A DNA stretch of 63,361 nt, filler included, from Basidiobolus ranarum (Eukaryota), in the NCBI GenBank assembly GCA_040143965.1. It is 36 parts of 36 records of this genome, joined end to end, with 100 filler letters (N's around TTAATTAATTAA, not from the genome) between each part and the next. Parts side by side here need not be neighbours in the genome. Positions count along the whole stretch, not along the records: positions 61,711 to 63,361 come from JASJQH010011498.1; 35 more parts are not named here. One strand, 5' to 3'. A program made the position numbers and the translations under genes. Under the pieces are notes generated by a model, which saw only the letters and a program-made list of their open reading frames with translations, made no database searches and was not told where the DNA came from. Below are positions 61,711 to 63,361 of this stretch, in pieces. Each line of letters starts with the position of its first letter. The stretch's first letter is position 1.

Positions 61711-63361
61711 CCACAGGAATGCTATTTTCTTCATTGTTTTGGTTTGAATTAATTTGAATGATTGGATCAGGAGAAAATTGATTTTTATCGTCATCTAAGG
61801 TAATTTTGGGTGAAACCTTTTCTTTTTTATCAAACAAAACATCCCTGGACGTGATTAACTTGAAAACTTCTGTATCATAGAGTCTGTAGGCTTTAGTTTG
61901 GGAAGAATAACCCAGAAATATGCATTTCTTACTTTTTGGATCAAATTTAGACCAATTTTTGGTCATAATTTTGACATAAGCAGTGCATCCAAAGATCCTG
62001 AAATGTTTTACATCAGGTTTAACTCCAAACAAAGCTTGATATGATGTATAGTTAGACAGACTTCTAGTAAAACTCCTATTCTTTGGATATATAGCTGTAG
62101 GAACAGATTCCACTCAAAAGTTATGAGATAAATTTTGTGCATTTAGCATAGATCTTGCTATTTCTGGTATAGTCCTGCTAGCTCTTTCAGCAACTCCATT
62201 TTGTTGAGATGAATAGGGTTCAGTAGCTTCTTGCTTAATTCCTTGAACTTTGCAAAAGTGCTTGAATAGTGTTGAAGTATATTCTCCACCATTATCAGTA
62301 TGTATTTTCTTGATTTTGGTTCCAGTTTCAGCATCCACAAGTGTTTTAAAATCTCTAAAGATAGAGAGAGCTTCTCCTTTTCTTTCCATTAAGTAGACCC
62401 AAGTGTATCTTGTATAATCATGAATAAATATGATTAAATATCTCTTTCCACCTAAAGATAAATTTTGCTTAGGTCTACACAAATATTAATGAATTAGATC
62501 CAATTTTTTGACAGATTTGATTAAACCAGAGCTCTTGAATAGTTACCTGGCTGGTTCTCATATATACAACCCTCACAAATTTCATTTTGGTTGGGGGGGT
62601 TAATTTGAAATCCAGAAATTAGGCAATTTTTGATGATTTTGCTCAAACAATCAAATCCAACATGGCCAAATCTCTTATGCCATAATTGAATAGTTTCTTG
62701 ATTGGAATAACTTATACTTACACATAAACCTCTTGGATTATATTTAAGTATGTATAAGTTTGGATCCCTTTCTCCCAAAGCTAAATAATTACCATTTTGA
62801 TCAGTAATGGTGCATCCTGACTTATCAAAATTGAATTTTAGCCCTTTTAGGGGGCCTTGCATGCAGATATTAAATTCTTGGCAATATCTGGAACATGTAG
62901 TACATCCTTAAAAGTATATACTCTCTCTTCAGAAACTCTAGTTAAATTGACTTGAATTGTTCCCATTCCATTAGTATCCAATGTGCAGTCATCTCCCATG
63001 AAAACTTTGCTAATTGGGATTCCTTCATAATCCACAAACCAATGTTTTTCATATGTGAAATGTTGGGAGGCTCCAGAATCAATATACCACATCTAAGAAT
63101 CCTTGTTGGTAGTCATGGATGGAGCAGATATGAACAAGTGATCTTCTGTTGTAACCACATTTCCAGATTCAGTGTGTTTTTCTTCTGTTGTAATCTTTGC
63201 TTAAATGGCCAGTTCTTTTACAGTAATCACAGAATGTGTTACTTTTCTTCTTAAAGTGCTTTGACCTTACTAGGAAGGTTTCCCATATCCTATTAAAGCA
63301 TTTTCTTGATTCTTTTGGTTGGATCCTGATTTGTGTAAGTCTACATCCAGAAGTCTGCCAA
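61711..63361 (-). mobile_element. Copia family B gag end-protease-integrase remnant (least degraded)
   Basis: WYIDSGASQH; LWHKRFGHVG..CEGC; IHDYTRYTWVY..TDNGGEY..QQNGVAERASR; FDPKSKKCIFLGY. Confidence 0.95.

Overview
This window is not contiguous DNA. It is 36 short contigs (about 1672 down to about 1651 bp, sorted by decreasing length) joined by 35 artificial 100-nt linkers (N44-TTAATTAATTAA-N44), so adjacency across linkers means nothing. The DNA is AT-rich and eukaryotic, most likely fungal (fungal-type PEPCK, PDC and carnitine acyltransferase ends; retrotransposon PBS matching the fungal-type initiator-tRNA anticodon arm). About 30 contigs are nested, degenerate, CpG-depleted transposon debris. 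It includes at least four Ty1/Copia families (two with half-tRNA-iMet PBS, one with TG...TA LTR ends), several Ty3/Gypsy remnants, a PIF/Harbinger-like MITE and a high-copy CACTA/CMC-type DNA transposon. That transposon has CCCTAACAGAAAT termini, a Tnp2-type transposase and a second ORF I do not recognise. Five CpG-retaining contigs look like host DNA. They carry a secreted Gly/Glu/Tyr-rich repeat protein, two convergent near-identical PEPCK 3' ends flanking a small secreted-peptide ORF, a pyruvate decarboxylase 3' end and a carnitine acyltransferase last exon. I found no RNA genes, CRISPR arrays or intact transposon ORFs. The best leads are the reconstructable CACTA element with its unknown ORF2, the PEPCK inverted pair with the embedded peptide gene, and the repeat protein. 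None is shown to be novel without database searches. TE fragment boundaries not anchored by a terminus or TSD are approximate.
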